Source: Macrostomum lignano
Taxonomy: Eukaryota
DNA: 64,000 nt
NCBI GenBank assembly: GCA_002269645.1
Contig: NIVC01003710.1
Span: 1 to 64,000, forward strand
Direction: 5' to 3'
Each line of letters begins with the position of its first letter. Positions within the stretch are counted from its first letter, which is position 1. Shown one piece after another: positions 25,303-37,364 of this stretch. The notes under the pieces are model-generated. The model saw only the letters and a program-made list of their open reading frames with translations, did not search any database and was not told the DNA's origin. The translations under genes and the position numbers were made by a program.

Positions 25303-26103
25303 CTAGGCAACCGCGGTTGCTAAGAACTCTCCGCACTCGTACTTGGCCCGCACGAAGGACTCCCTGACGTCGCTCGGCGAGTCCCGCCTCGGCCTCCGGC
25401 CATCTGGCAGTCGGGCCTCCAATACGGCGTTACCAAGCCGGTTGCCAATGACGCACAGCGGCATAGCCTGGGCGGGAGTCCAGCTGTCCAGCGCCAGGGA
25501 GCGAACCCGGCTGGCGTGGGTGCCGAGCCGCCTGTGGGCGCCGGAGCACAGGATGCACACCAGCAGGCCGTGGCTGACGATCGCCCAGTCTGGCGCCGGG
25601 GCGTGGCAGTCAGCGCAGAGCTCGTTGCCGGGCAAGCTGACGGCCGCCTTCAACAGGATGTCGGCGGCGCCAGACTGAGACGCGGAGTCCTCCCGGAGGC
25701 AGCGTCGGCGATGGCTGCGGCATCGGCGGAGACCGGCAAGGATGCCGGAGCTGAGCGCCGCGAGCCAGGCGTCGCGATCGGCAGCGCTGGCGGCGACGAA
25801 TCGGCGACGTCGGCCGTCAGCCGTTACGAGCTGGAAGGCGGCCGAGCCGGCGGAGGCGTCGGCGACGGTAGCTGCCGCCTGCGCCAGGTCGACGATTTCG
25901 GTCGCGGCAGATTTATTAGAATCGGCGTCGATGTGCACAAATAGGCCGTCCGCGGTGACCCGGGCTGCCCGCCTTCGCGGCGCGAGGTGGCGAAGCGCGT
26001 CCGGCAGGCGGCGTCGGGTCAGCAGAAGGCGGCCTTCGTGGAGGTCGGCAGGTTGGCGGTGGCGGCAGCTCTGCGTTGAGCTGGATGTCGGAGGCGTCCG
26101 CCA
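25303..26103 (-). CDS. AGAP/centaurin-gamma-like ArfGAP protein, last exon (PH-like C-half and ArfGAP zinc finger)
   Basis: FQLVTADGRRRRFVAASAADRDAWLAALSSGI (PH C-terminal helix); CADC...WAIVSHGLLVCILCSGAHRRLGTHASRVRSLALDSW...VRAKYE is the ArfGAP C4 finger with the arginine finger; acceptor TTTCCCAG at 26104. Confidence 0.9.
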   Translation of the reverse strand, partial: WRTPPTSSSTQSCRHRQPADLHEGRLLLTRRRLPDALRHLAPRRRAARVTADGLFVHIDADSNKSAATEIVDLAQAAATVADASAGSAAFQLVTADGRRRRFVAASAADRDAWLAALSSGILAGLRRCRSHRRRCLREDSASQSGAADILLKAAVSLPGNELCADCHAPAPDWAIVSHGLLVCILCSGAHRRLGTHASRVRSLALDSWTPAQAMPLCVIGNRLGNAVLEARLPDGRRPRRDSPSDVRESFVRAKYECGEFLATAVA

Positions 26104-26119
26104 CTGGGAAACCGGGATC

Positions 26120-26630
26120 GGAATCTTTTGTGAGGATTGGGATCTTTTGTGAGGATTGGAATCTTTTGTGAGAATTGGGATCTTTTGTGAGGATTGGGAT
26201 CTCTTGTGAGGATTGGAATCTTTTGTGAGAATTGGGATCTTTTGTGAGGATTGGGATCTCTTGTGAGGATTGGAATCTTTTGTGAGAATTGGGATCTTTT
26301 GTGAGAATTGGGATCTTTTGTGAGAATTGGGATCTTGTGCGGATTGGGATCTTTTGTGAGGATTGGGATCTTTTGTGAGGATTGGGATCTTTTGTGAGGA
26401 TTGGGATCTTTTGTGAGGATTGGGATCTTTTGTGAGGATTAGGATCCTTTGTGAGGATTGGGATCTTTTGTGAGGATTGGGATCTTTTGTGAGGATTGGG
26501 ATTTTTTGTGAGGATTGGGATTTTTTGTGAGGATTGGGATCTTTTGTGAGGATTAGGATCCTTTGTGAGGATTGGGATCTTTTGTGAGGATTGGGATCTT
26601 TTGTGAGGATTGGGATCTTTTGTGAGGATT
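26120..26630 (+). repeat. 19-bp minisatellite (GATTGGGATCTTTTGTGAG), ArfGAP last intron
   Basis: Period 19. Confidence 0.93.
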
Positions 26631-26731
26631 GACATATGCAAATGAGATTTAAGCCCATTTGCATGCAGATCATGACAATCACAAATTAAAAGAACTCATT
26701 TCAGAACCAATCAACAGTCTATAGTACTCAC

Positions 26732-26812
26732 TTCATCTGGCTGTTCAAGGGAAAACTCGAGCTTCGATTTCAAAGTCGGTCTGGCCGAGCAGTCCTGACG
26801 CCTAGCGGTTTC
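26732..26812 (-). CDS. ArfGAP gene, predicted 81-nt internal exon
   Basis: Minus-strand acceptor TTCCTCCAG and donor GTGAGT bracket 27 open codons (ETARRQDCSARPTLKSKLEFSLEQPDE), phase 0-0. No homology support. Confidence 0.6.
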
Positions 26813-26889
26813 CTGGAGGAACAAAAATTACAACCCGTCACTTAATGACCCGAAAGATTTTAGTTAGAAATAACTGGAGCACCAAAGAT

Positions 26890-27995
26890 AGAGTGAGAAG
26901 GAAGGAGAGGGAGAGAGGGAGGGTGATGGAGCGAAGAAGGGAGAGGGAGACAAGAAGGGAGAGGGAGAGAGGGAGGGAAAGGGAGAGAGGGAGGGAGAGG
27001 GAGAGAAGAAGGGGGAGGGAGAGAAGAAGGGAGAGGGAGAGAGGGAGGGAGAGAAATAGAGGGAGGGAGAGGGAGCGAAGAAGGGAGAGGGAGAGAGGGA
27101 GGGAGAGGAATAGAGGGAGGGAGAGGGAGCGAAGAAGGGAGAGGGAGAAAGGGAGGGAGAGGGAGAGAGGGAGGGAGAGGGAGCGAAGAAGGGAGAGGGA
27201 GAAAGGGAGGGAGAGGGAGAGAGGAAGGGAGAGGAAGAAAAAAAAGAGGCGGAAAGAAGAAACGAGAGAGAAGAAGGGAGAGGGATAGAGGGAGGGAGAA
27301 GGAGCGAAGAAGGGAGAGGGAGAGAGGGAGGGAGAGGGAGAGAGGGAGGGAGAGGAAGAGAGGGAGGGAGAGGAAGAGAGGGAGGGAGAGGGAGAGAGGG
27401 AGGGAGAGGGAGAGAGGGAGGGAGAGGGAGCGAAGAAGAGAGAGGGAGAGAGGGAGGGAGAGGGAGAGAGGGAGGGAGAGGAAGAGAGGGAGGGAGAGGG
27501 AGAGAGGGAGGGAGAGGGAGAGAGGGAGGGAGAGGGAGCGAAGAAGAGAGAGGGAGAGAGGGAGGGAGAGGGAGAGAGGGAGGGAGAGGAAGAGAGGGAG
27601 GGAGAGGGAGAGAAGAAGGGAGAGGGAGAGAGGGAGGGAGAGGGAGAGAAGGAGGGAGAGGGAGAGAAGGAGGGAGAGGGAGAGAGGGAGGGAGAGGGAG
27701 AGGAGGGAGAGGAAGAGAGGGAGGGAGAGGGAGAGAAGAAGGGAGAGGGAGAGAGGGAGGGAGAGGGAGAGAAGGAGGGAGTGGGAGAGAAGGAGGGAGA
27801 GGGAGAGAGGGAGGGAGAGGGAGAGAGGGAGGGAGAGGAAGAGAGGGAGGGAGAGGGAGAGAAGAAGGGAGAGGGAGAGAGGGAGGGAGAGGGAGAGAAG
27901 AAGGGAGAGGGAGAGAGGGAGGGAGAGGGAGAGAAGGAGGGAGAGGGAGAGAGGGAGGGAGAGGGAGAGGAGGGAGAGGGAGAGAGGGAGGGAGA
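26890..27995 (+). repeat. Nearly pure polypurine (GGAGAG/GGAGAA-type) tract
   Basis: About 1.1 kb almost entirely G/A. Confidence 0.95.
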
Positions 27996-28060
27996 GGCAA
28001 GTGATAGATCTACCGAGAAAGGGTGAGAAGTAGCCACACGCACTGATGAAGAATTCTCAC

Positions 28061-28261
28061 CCTCAGCCTCCATGCAAGCCCTGCAGGCTCCACAGCAGCA
28101 GCCGAGACCCGGTATCTCCTCTGTCTGCTGGCTGCCGCTGTCCAGAGCCGCTGCATAATCTGGGCAGCGCTTTGGCACTTCAGTGTCGCGGCATCCGGGC
28201 AGTCGGCATCAAAGCCAGTCGGAAATAATGAGCAAACGGATGTCTCAACATGCCGGGACAT
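28061..28261 (-). CDS. ArfGAP gene, predicted first coding exon
   Basis: Acceptor CTTCTTCAG at 28296, ATG at 28261, open frame to donor GTGAGA at 28060 (phase 0, compatible with downstream exons). No homology support. Confidence 0.5.
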
Positions 28262-28859
28262 TTTTCTACAAACGGTTGTTAGACTTGAGAGCTGACTGAA
28301 GAAGAGAGGTAAATTGAGATGGTGATGCCGTGACATGGACGGATATATATGTCCGTTTGTCAGTCCTAGCTGCTCTCTGATTGGCTGGCGCGGTGAGAGG
28401 TGGAGGGGCGGGAGGTCAAGCCAGGTGTTTGCGCGCGTCGATTAAGATAATAAAAGGTGTTTTCTTCGGCGGATTTTCAACTGCAGGTGAAGGTAGGTGA
28501 AACTCCAAGGTTTGTTTGGCTCATTATTCAAGGAGAAGAACTTCGCGGTTCAGCACTGTGGCGCCAATGATGGGTCAGCGCATGGGCCCGTAGTGGCAGT
28601 GCTGATTATGGCTACTCATATTATCAATGGGCTTAGCGGGTTTAAAATGCCACTCTGAGAATTGTCTGCGGCGATGAGCAGCTGATAGTCCTTGACAGTT
28701 GCGACTCAGAATAAGATGAGCTATTTTAAAGTAAGTGTGAAAAATAGCACTTGCCAACCAATTGTCGAGAATTGTCTTCAGTTATTGTTTTTAGATGATT
28801 TTCTAACTGAGGAGGGAGTAAGTATTGATATTGCGTTCGATACATTGCCTGCGTTAGTT

Positions 28860-30180
<1,321 letters not shown>

Positions 30181-31004
30181 GCTTTATAGAAGGTTCTAAG
30201 AAAAAGCGTTATAATTCGCCCAGCTTCTGGGACGCCTTTACTTTAAAGTTAATTTAATGGCCACCTTATTTCAAGGCAATGGTAACTAACTGTTTTCTGT
30301 CTGTAAAAAATAAATAATTAATTCTGGTCTCTCGTTTAGGTACAAGTAATTTAAACGATGCCAGGCCGCACAAGCGGACACCTGTGGGTGACACGAGTTG
30401 CTATGCTGGGAGCAGAAGGCTTAGAAAAATATTACATTGGATTTCATAACAGAAAGATGTTATTTGAGCCTGGGACTTTTGCCCTCAGGGCTTGGCAGTA
30501 ACCCCCCTGCTCGTACCGCCCTCATTAAGAAGCCAATCAGTGTTTTCTATCTCCACAGCAATATTTCTATCACGGTGGAAGTGCATTTCAAAATAGTGTT
30601 ATATTTATACTTTGAGCAGGCAAAGGGTCTTTCATCCAAGCGACACGGATAAACTGTTCGGAAACTTTCACCTTGCTGGCTTGTAACTGACTCAGATCAA
30701 GGTGGCCAGGTTAACTGAGTAACCGGTCAGCGTGTTTGCAATCAGCGGGAGCAGCCACGCGTCTTAACAAATGACCCGCATGTCTCCCAATTCTCATTTT
30801 TAGCTCTCTGGCCTCGGGGCTTCAATGAGTTCTCGGGCAAGAGAGGCAGCTCACAGTGGAGGCGGCTGCTCAACAGGGGTTCGCTTGTCGTGTGCCGACA
30901 ATAAAGTCAGAATATCTGACCTAGATCGCTTTTTCATGCAGTTCCAGAGCTAGACAGCCGGAGAGGAAACTTAACAGGTTTGAGCCCTCGATTTTTAAAT
31001 ACCC

Positions 31005-32040
31005 CAGTTTGTGACGTCTTGTTTGTGAAGAGTCCAGTTTGTGAAGAGTCCAGTTTATGAATTGTCTAGTTTGTGAAATTTCTAGTTTGTGAAATGTCTA
31101 GTTTGTGAATTGTCTAGGTTGTGAAGTGTCTAGGTTGTGAATTGTCTAGTTTGTGAAATGTCTAGTTTGTGAAATTTCTAGTTTGTGAAATTTCTAGTTT
31201 GTGAAATGTCTAGTTTGTGAAATTTCTAGTTTGTGAAATGTCTAGGTTGTGAATTGTCTAGTTTATGAATTGTCTAGTTTGTGAAATTTCTAGTTTGTGA
31301 AATGTCTAGTTTGTGAAGTGTCTAGGTTGTGAATTGTCTAGTTTGTGAAATGTCTAGTTTGTGAAGTGTCTAGTTTGTGAATTGTCTAGTTTGTGAATTG
31401 TCTAGTTTGTGACGTGTCTAGTTTGTGAAGTGTCTAGTTTGTGAATTGTCTAGTTTGTGAAGTGTCTAGTTTGTGAAATTTCTAGTTTGTGAAATGTCTA
31501 GTTTGTGAAGAGTCTAGTTTGTGAATTGTCTAGTTTGTGACGTGTCTAGTTTGTGAAGTGTCTAGTTTTTGAATTGTCTAGTTTGTGAAGTGTCTAGTTT
31601 GTGAAATTTCTAGTTTGTGAAGAGTCTAGTTTGTGAAGAGTCTAGTTTGTGAAGAGTCTAGTTTGTGAAATTTTTAGTTTGTAAAGTTTGTGAATTGTCT
31701 AGTTTGTGACGTGTCTAGTTTGTGAAGTGTCTAGTTTGTGATGTGTATAGTTTGTGAGTTGACTAGTTTGTGAATTGTATAGTTTGTGACGTGTATAATT
31801 TGTGACGTGTATAGTTTGTGAGTTGACTAGTTTGTAGAGAGTCCAGTTTTTGAATTGTCTAGTTTTTGAATTGTCTAGTTTGTGAAGTGCCTAGTTTGTG
31901 AAATGTCTAGTTTGTGAAATGTCTAGTTTGTGAAGTGTCTAGTTTGTGAAATGTCTAGTTTGTGAAATGTCTAGTTTGTGAAGTGTCTAGTTTGTGAATT
32001 GTCTAGTTTGTGAAATGTCTAGTTTGTGAAATGTAAAATT
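31005..32040 (+). repeat. 16-bp minisatellite (TCTAGTTTGTGAAATG-like)
   Basis: Period 16 with many variants. Confidence 0.95.
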
Positions 32041-32500
32041 TGCGAAGAGTGTAGAAGTTTGCAGTTTTCAAAAGCGCCCCTAAGATTTTTCCTCCATAAC
32101 ATCCTACTCCAAATGCTGCTCTATTTAGTAATCCATGACTGACACGTTCAAGACTTGATCGCTCAAGGGGGAGGGCTGGAACTGGGCCCAGAGCAGGTGC
32201 GAGGCGGAGATGTGGCGGCGCACCGCTACCACAGAGAAAGGGAGAGAGAGGGGGGGCTAAAGGTGACAGTCTTGAAGAAATTGATGGCAAACTTGAGAAA
32301 ACAAGAAGAAATTTCTTCAGTGCAAGGCAGACCAAAAGGTTGGATTCAGAGGGTTGGAAGCAGGGCTTTTCTATGCTGAAAGCAACAATGCAAAACTCCA
32401 AAGCATTGAAAAAGAGAAATTCTAATATTATTGACTTTAATTATTGAATTGCATTTGCAAACGCAAGGAGGAATCAGCCAGTCAGCCAACTAGATGAGCC

Positions 32501-33004
32501 TCACAGAACCCCAGTCACCCTGGCCCGACTTGTCCAGTCGTCTCGACTGACGTAGCAGCCGCTGACAACCCGCCGGCCGGAGAAGCCGCTCCGGCCGTGC
32601 AGCAGGCGCCAGTTGTCGATGAGAATGACAGTGCCGGGCCTGAGGCTCAGCCACACCTGAGACACCGGCCGGTTGAGAATCTCGCTAAGGTGAGCGTAGG
32701 CGGCCAAGAAGGCGGCCACTTCGGCCTGGGGCACAGCGGCTAGCGAGTCCAAATCGTACGGATTGAAGCGGATCTGGTAGAGACTTCCGCCGCTCTCGGG
32801 GTCCAGTTTGAGTACGGTGTCCAGGCACCGGGTGTGGTGCGTCGGCTGCCCGGCCTCGAACTCCTGATACTGATGAAACACTGGGGCGCTCGCCAGCAGG
32901 TGAAAATGCGCCGCATTCTCTTGGCGAAGAGTCTCAGCCGCTTGGAAACCGTCGGCAAGGCAGGTGTCCCCGCCGACTGGGGCCGGCTCCAGCACGTGGA
33001 ACAC
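32501..33004 (-). CDS. TMLHE: Trimethyllysine dioxygenase, exon 2
   Basis: VFHVLE...GGDTCLADGF...YQIRFNPYD...LRPGTVILIDNWRLLHGRSGFSGRRVVSGCYVSRDD matches the TMLH/BBOX 2OG-Fe(II) fold (distal His, 2OG-binding Arg); acceptor CTGCAG at 33005. Confidence 0.92.
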   Translation of the reverse strand: MFHVLEPAPVGGDTCLADGFQAAETLRQENAAHFHLLASAPVFHQYQEFEAGQPTHHTRCLDTVLKLDPESGGSLYQIRFNPYDLDSLAAVPQAEVAAFLAAYAHLSEILNRPVSQVWLSLRPGTVILIDNWRLLHGRSGFSGRRVVSGCYVSRDDWTSRARVTGVL

Positions 33005-33054
33005 CTGCAGATTAGGGAGCGTTGATGGGAGAGAGTCCAGACAGTCGCCTCTCA

Positions 33055-33380
33055 TTAGAATCTCACTTTAGATAATCGCGTCTCTTGAGAATCCCACCCA
33101 AAGTAGTCGCCTCTCCGGAGAATCTCACCCTCGATAATCGCCTCTCCCGAGAATCTCACCCTCGATAATCGCCTCTCCCGAGAATCTCACCCTCGATAAT
33201 CGCCTCTCCCGAGAATCTCACCCTCGATAATCGCCTCTCCCGAGAATCTCACCCAAGATAATCGGCTCTCCCGAGAATCTCACCCTCGATAATCACCTCT
33301 CTCGAGAATCTCACCCAAGATAATCGCCTCTTCCCGAGAATCTCATCCTCCATAATCGCCTCTCCTGAGAATCTCACCTT
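33055..33380 (+). repeat. 31-bp minisatellite (GAGAATCTCACCCTCGATAATCGCCTCTCCC), TMLHE intron
   Basis: Period 31. Confidence 0.9.
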
Positions 33381-33992
33381 AGATAATTACGAAAATTTGA
33401 GTTTACTCGTAAGATAAAAATAAAATAAAATTTTGAAGTTACGATACTACTCGTGTTTAATCAGTAGTAAGTTAGAAAATTTTAATCAACTCGAATGCAA
33501 AATCAAATCACACGCCTGAAAGCAATGAAGCTAGAAGGAACTCTTAGACGTCTTTCTATTCGATTTTTTGTTAATTTATCTTTAAAAGAGAATAAAAGTT
33601 TCACGCAATTGAATTGAATTCGCAACTTTTTCAATTCTTTTTTTCAAAGGAATTTTGGCCGCCAGAGTTGGAGACCATTTTCCTAATGCACTTAATTGTT
33701 ACAGAGTGGTGCACAGTCTCTCGCTACTTGCGTGCACAGAAACAAGCAATCTTACATGGGGGAACCTTCTGTTCAGCAAAAACCATAATTGATGCACTCT
33801 TATAAGTGGAACGTGACTTTGAATTGATTGCGCGGCGCTGCTTGTGTTGCTCCTATAGAAGTTTTGTCCTGTGAACTCATTAGTGGTGGTCGAGTGAGGC
33901 GAGTTGGCTTAGCATTGCTGAGAACCAGCTATGTCTACTTGTGAACGGATCGCGTTTAACGGAACAGTACACTGGAACGCTTCGTAGAGGAC

Positions 33993-34622
33993 CCAGTGGG
34001 TGAAGGATCCAGTGGGTGAAGGATCCAGTGGGTGAAGGATCCAGTGGGTGAAGGATCCAGTGGGTGAAGGATCCAGTGGGTGAAGGATCCAGTGGGTGAA
34101 GGATCCAGTGGGTGAAGGATCCAGTGGGTGAAGGATCCAGTGGGTGAAGGATCCAGTGGGTGAAGGATCCAGTGGGTGAAGGATCCAGTGGGTGAAGGAT
34201 CCAGTGGGTGAAGGATCCAGTGGGTGAAGGATCCAGTGGGTGAAGGATCCAGTGGGTGAAGGATCCAGTGGGTGAAGGATCCAGTGGGTGAAGGATCCAG
34301 TGGGTGAAGGATCCAGTGGGTGAAGGATCCAGTGGGTGAAGGATCCAGTGGGTGAAGGATCCAGTGGGTGAAGGATCCAGTGGGTGAAGGATCCAGTGGG
34401 TGAAGGATCCAGTGGGTGAAGGATCCAGTGGGTGAAGGATCCAGTGGGTGAAGGATCCAGTGGGTGAAGGATCCAGTGGGTGAAGGATCCAGTGGGTGAA
34501 GGATCCAGTGGGTGAAGGATCCAGTGGGTGAAGGATCCAGTGGGTGAAGGATCCAGTGGGTGAAGGATCCAGTGGGTGAAGGATCCAGTGGGTGAAGGAT
34601 CCAGTGGGTGAAGGATCCAGTG
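33993..34622 (+). repeat. Perfect 16-bp array (CCAGTGGGTGAAGGAT)39, TMLHE intron
   Basis: No visible variant; a GGATCC site at every junction. Confidence 0.97.
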
Positions 34623-34647
34623 CAAATCAATTCAAATCAGTCCTCAC

Positions 34648-35409
34648 CTGCAGGCCGGCCCCATTGTGCAAATAAGTAGTGTCATTGTGCACCCCGATGG
34701 CGTCGCTGCCATAGGCGGTGTCCTGCCTGCTGCCGTCGGCCGTGAATGTCCACATGCCGCCGAACAGGCTCGGCATGACAGGCGCCACCTGCCGGACCGC
34801 CGCCTCGGTGGCTGCCTCGGTGGCCTCCACGCCGGTGACGGTGGCAACGCCGCAGGACCAGAGGTTCCGCAGCACCGTCCGCAGGCCGCTGGGCGCCGAC
34901 TCTAACTCCGACAGTGGCACCGGCCGGATTGCCGACGTGCCCTCGAACGGGTGTCCAGCCGACCGGGTCCACAGGCTCCGACCGCGGCCGCTGCCACCAC
35001 CGTCCGGGGACAGCAGCGACTCCAGCTGGGAGTAGGCAAACTCGGTCACGTGACCGTCTGACCAGTCGAGGCGGACACCCGAGCTGTCGGGCAACTGGCT
35101 GAGCCGCGGCGGAGACTTGCCGGCAGCCAGAGCAGTCGCTGGCGAGATGACCCGCTGCCGGGTGGCGGCGTTGTGGCAGTCGGCGCAGCGGCAGTTGAAC
35201 CGCAGCCAGGCGCAGCTCAGACGGCGCAGCTTGCCGTCCGGGTATCGAATCTCGGCCGTGGCCGGTCCAGCTGTTGCCGCGGCCGCTGCCGAGGACAATG
35301 AGCAGCGCTGGCGAGGCTGGCGGAGCCAAATCGCAGCAGCCGCTGCTGACCCCGCCGGCTTCAGCTGGGAGCCGATGAGGCAGCGTAAGAAGCTGCTGTT
35401 GTGGAGCAT
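34648..35409 (-). CDS. TMLHE: Trimethyllysine dioxygenase, exon 1
   Basis: Arg/Ser/Ala-rich presequence-like N-terminus; WLRFNCRCADC...WSDGH zinc-binding N-domain; DTAYGSDAIGVHNDTTY...GLQ (HxD, TMLH-type DTTY); donor GTGAGG at 34647; total 421 aa. Confidence 0.92.
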
Positions 35410-36909
35410 CGCGCCTGGGGTTTGTTTAGACAATTGATTTTATATGTCTGCTTAGATACCGGAACTATGTGCTTCATAATTCTCCCATGAGAGCTAGCTT
35501 CCTGGTTGTTAGTTGCGGCCATAAACTAAAGTTCAGTACGTCTGCATTGAACCTTAATCGATTCTATATACCCTTGATGAAGCCACTCAAGCCACCTAGC
35601 AGGAGCGCGAGACCATAGACTGTGGCTTCTGCTGCTCTCAAGCATTAGCATCAGCAGCTGGTATCTGTGGCCCTAACCCCAGGGTTTTTAGGGCCTCGGA
35701 GACGGCCGCTGAATACATTAGCGAATGCTGGAGCGACATATCTAGGCAAAGAGTATTGAAGCAATATAGATGAGGCGCATCTAGGTAATACTCTTTGCAT
35801 CTAACCTGTCATCTAGCCTACTATCTAGCCTACCTACATGCAGGTAATATAGAATCTGTGTTTGGTAGTAGATTGATAAAAAAGGCCACAGAGAGGATAA
35901 CGCGTACGAATATCGCACCAAAAGTATCCAGGTTGATTCCGAGGGCTCGTACACCCTGTGCGAATATGTGCATGCGTGTGTATGTAAGTGCGGCATGGGG
36001 GAACTGGGGAGGGAGGGGGTTGGCGCAACGCAACCTGACGACTCTGCGACTCTCAGTCTGTCTCTCTACTGGCTGCACTTTTTGAATGCTCGCGGTTCCT
36101 GCACATGATAGCTGAAACTAGCCAAGGTAACTTCTAGTGGTCCTTGAAACAAATATTAGAGACACTGCTTTAGTGCCACGTGACAGCGTCAGTTAGGGGG
36201 ATGGAGGTTAGTTGAGCCGGACGTCTCGTAGAAAACGTTGACAGAGAAGCAAGCGCTGCTAAGGATCCAAAAGACACGATGAAAATAATTGTCAAGTAAA
36301 TAGGTATTTTATTCAGGTAAAAGGAGAATCACAATTAATAACGAACCGAAGTCATACTACTGCAGTTGAAATCATTAGGACTCATTAAAGTGCTTGCTAG
36401 TTGCAACTTACCAAAGGTCTATCGGTATTAAGAAAAGCTAGATGACAGGATGAGGGCAGGCTGCAGTGTTTCTATTGCTTACAGTGTTGAGAGCCAAGTG
36501 CTGTAGATGTGCAGCTCTGAATTAGGTTTTTTTCTAGAATTTGGGATAGAGAATGAGTGAGGCGGGGCCGGCAGTGCACAACACAGTACAATAGTTGGCC
36601 CCAGAGGACCTGGCCCTGTACACAGTCTGTGTGCGCGCAGCATGTAGAATTTGCGCGGCTAATTTGGACCTGCGATGCAACATGAAACTTTATCATCATT
36701 AAATCTAATAATCAACATTTTTTATGTTCCACCTTTTATTTCGTGTTGGCAGTTTCACGATTCTTGTCTCCTGAGGCCAGGCGTACATAATAGCTTTCTG
36801 ATTGACATTTAATGCGCTTCGGCCTTATGAAGCTGAGATTTTATTCTGGTCCAATGACTGGCCTCTGTAGTCTGGTCTAGAAAAAAGATGCACTTGAATG
36901 CATCCGTTT

Positions 36910-37270
36910 AGTATTACAGTATTACATAATTATAGTATTACAGTATTACATAATTATAGTATTACAGTATTACATAATTATAGTATTACAGTATTACAGT
37001 AATACAACACTCTACATAATATACAATATAATACAATACATTAATCTACATACAGTAAAACAATATAATACAGTACGACTTATTACCGCATTACAGTATA
37101 GCAACATTACAGTATTACAGAATTATAATATTAAAGCATTAAAGAATTACTGCATTACAGTATTGTAACATTACAGTATTACATTATTACACCATTATCG
37201 TATAGCAGTATTACACGAATACAATATTACAGCATTGCAGTAATAAAACATTTTAGCCTTACAATATTAC
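36910..37270 (+). repeat. Degenerate AT-rich (CAGTATTA-like) repeat
   Basis: Recurrent TATTACAG/TACATAATTA words. Confidence 0.7.
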
Positions 37271-37364
37271 AGCATTAGGCAAATTTTCTCAATAAAATGA
37301 CCGGTACTTCATTTTTCGTTACTTTGTACATCTGCATGGCTCATTTGATGGCGGCGTGCACAGG

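Noticed and set aside
35670-35697. Small hairpin GGCCCTAA...TTAGGGCC upstream of TMLHE
   Set aside because: An 8-bp stem is within chance for 64 kb, and a single TTAGGG is not a telomeric tract.
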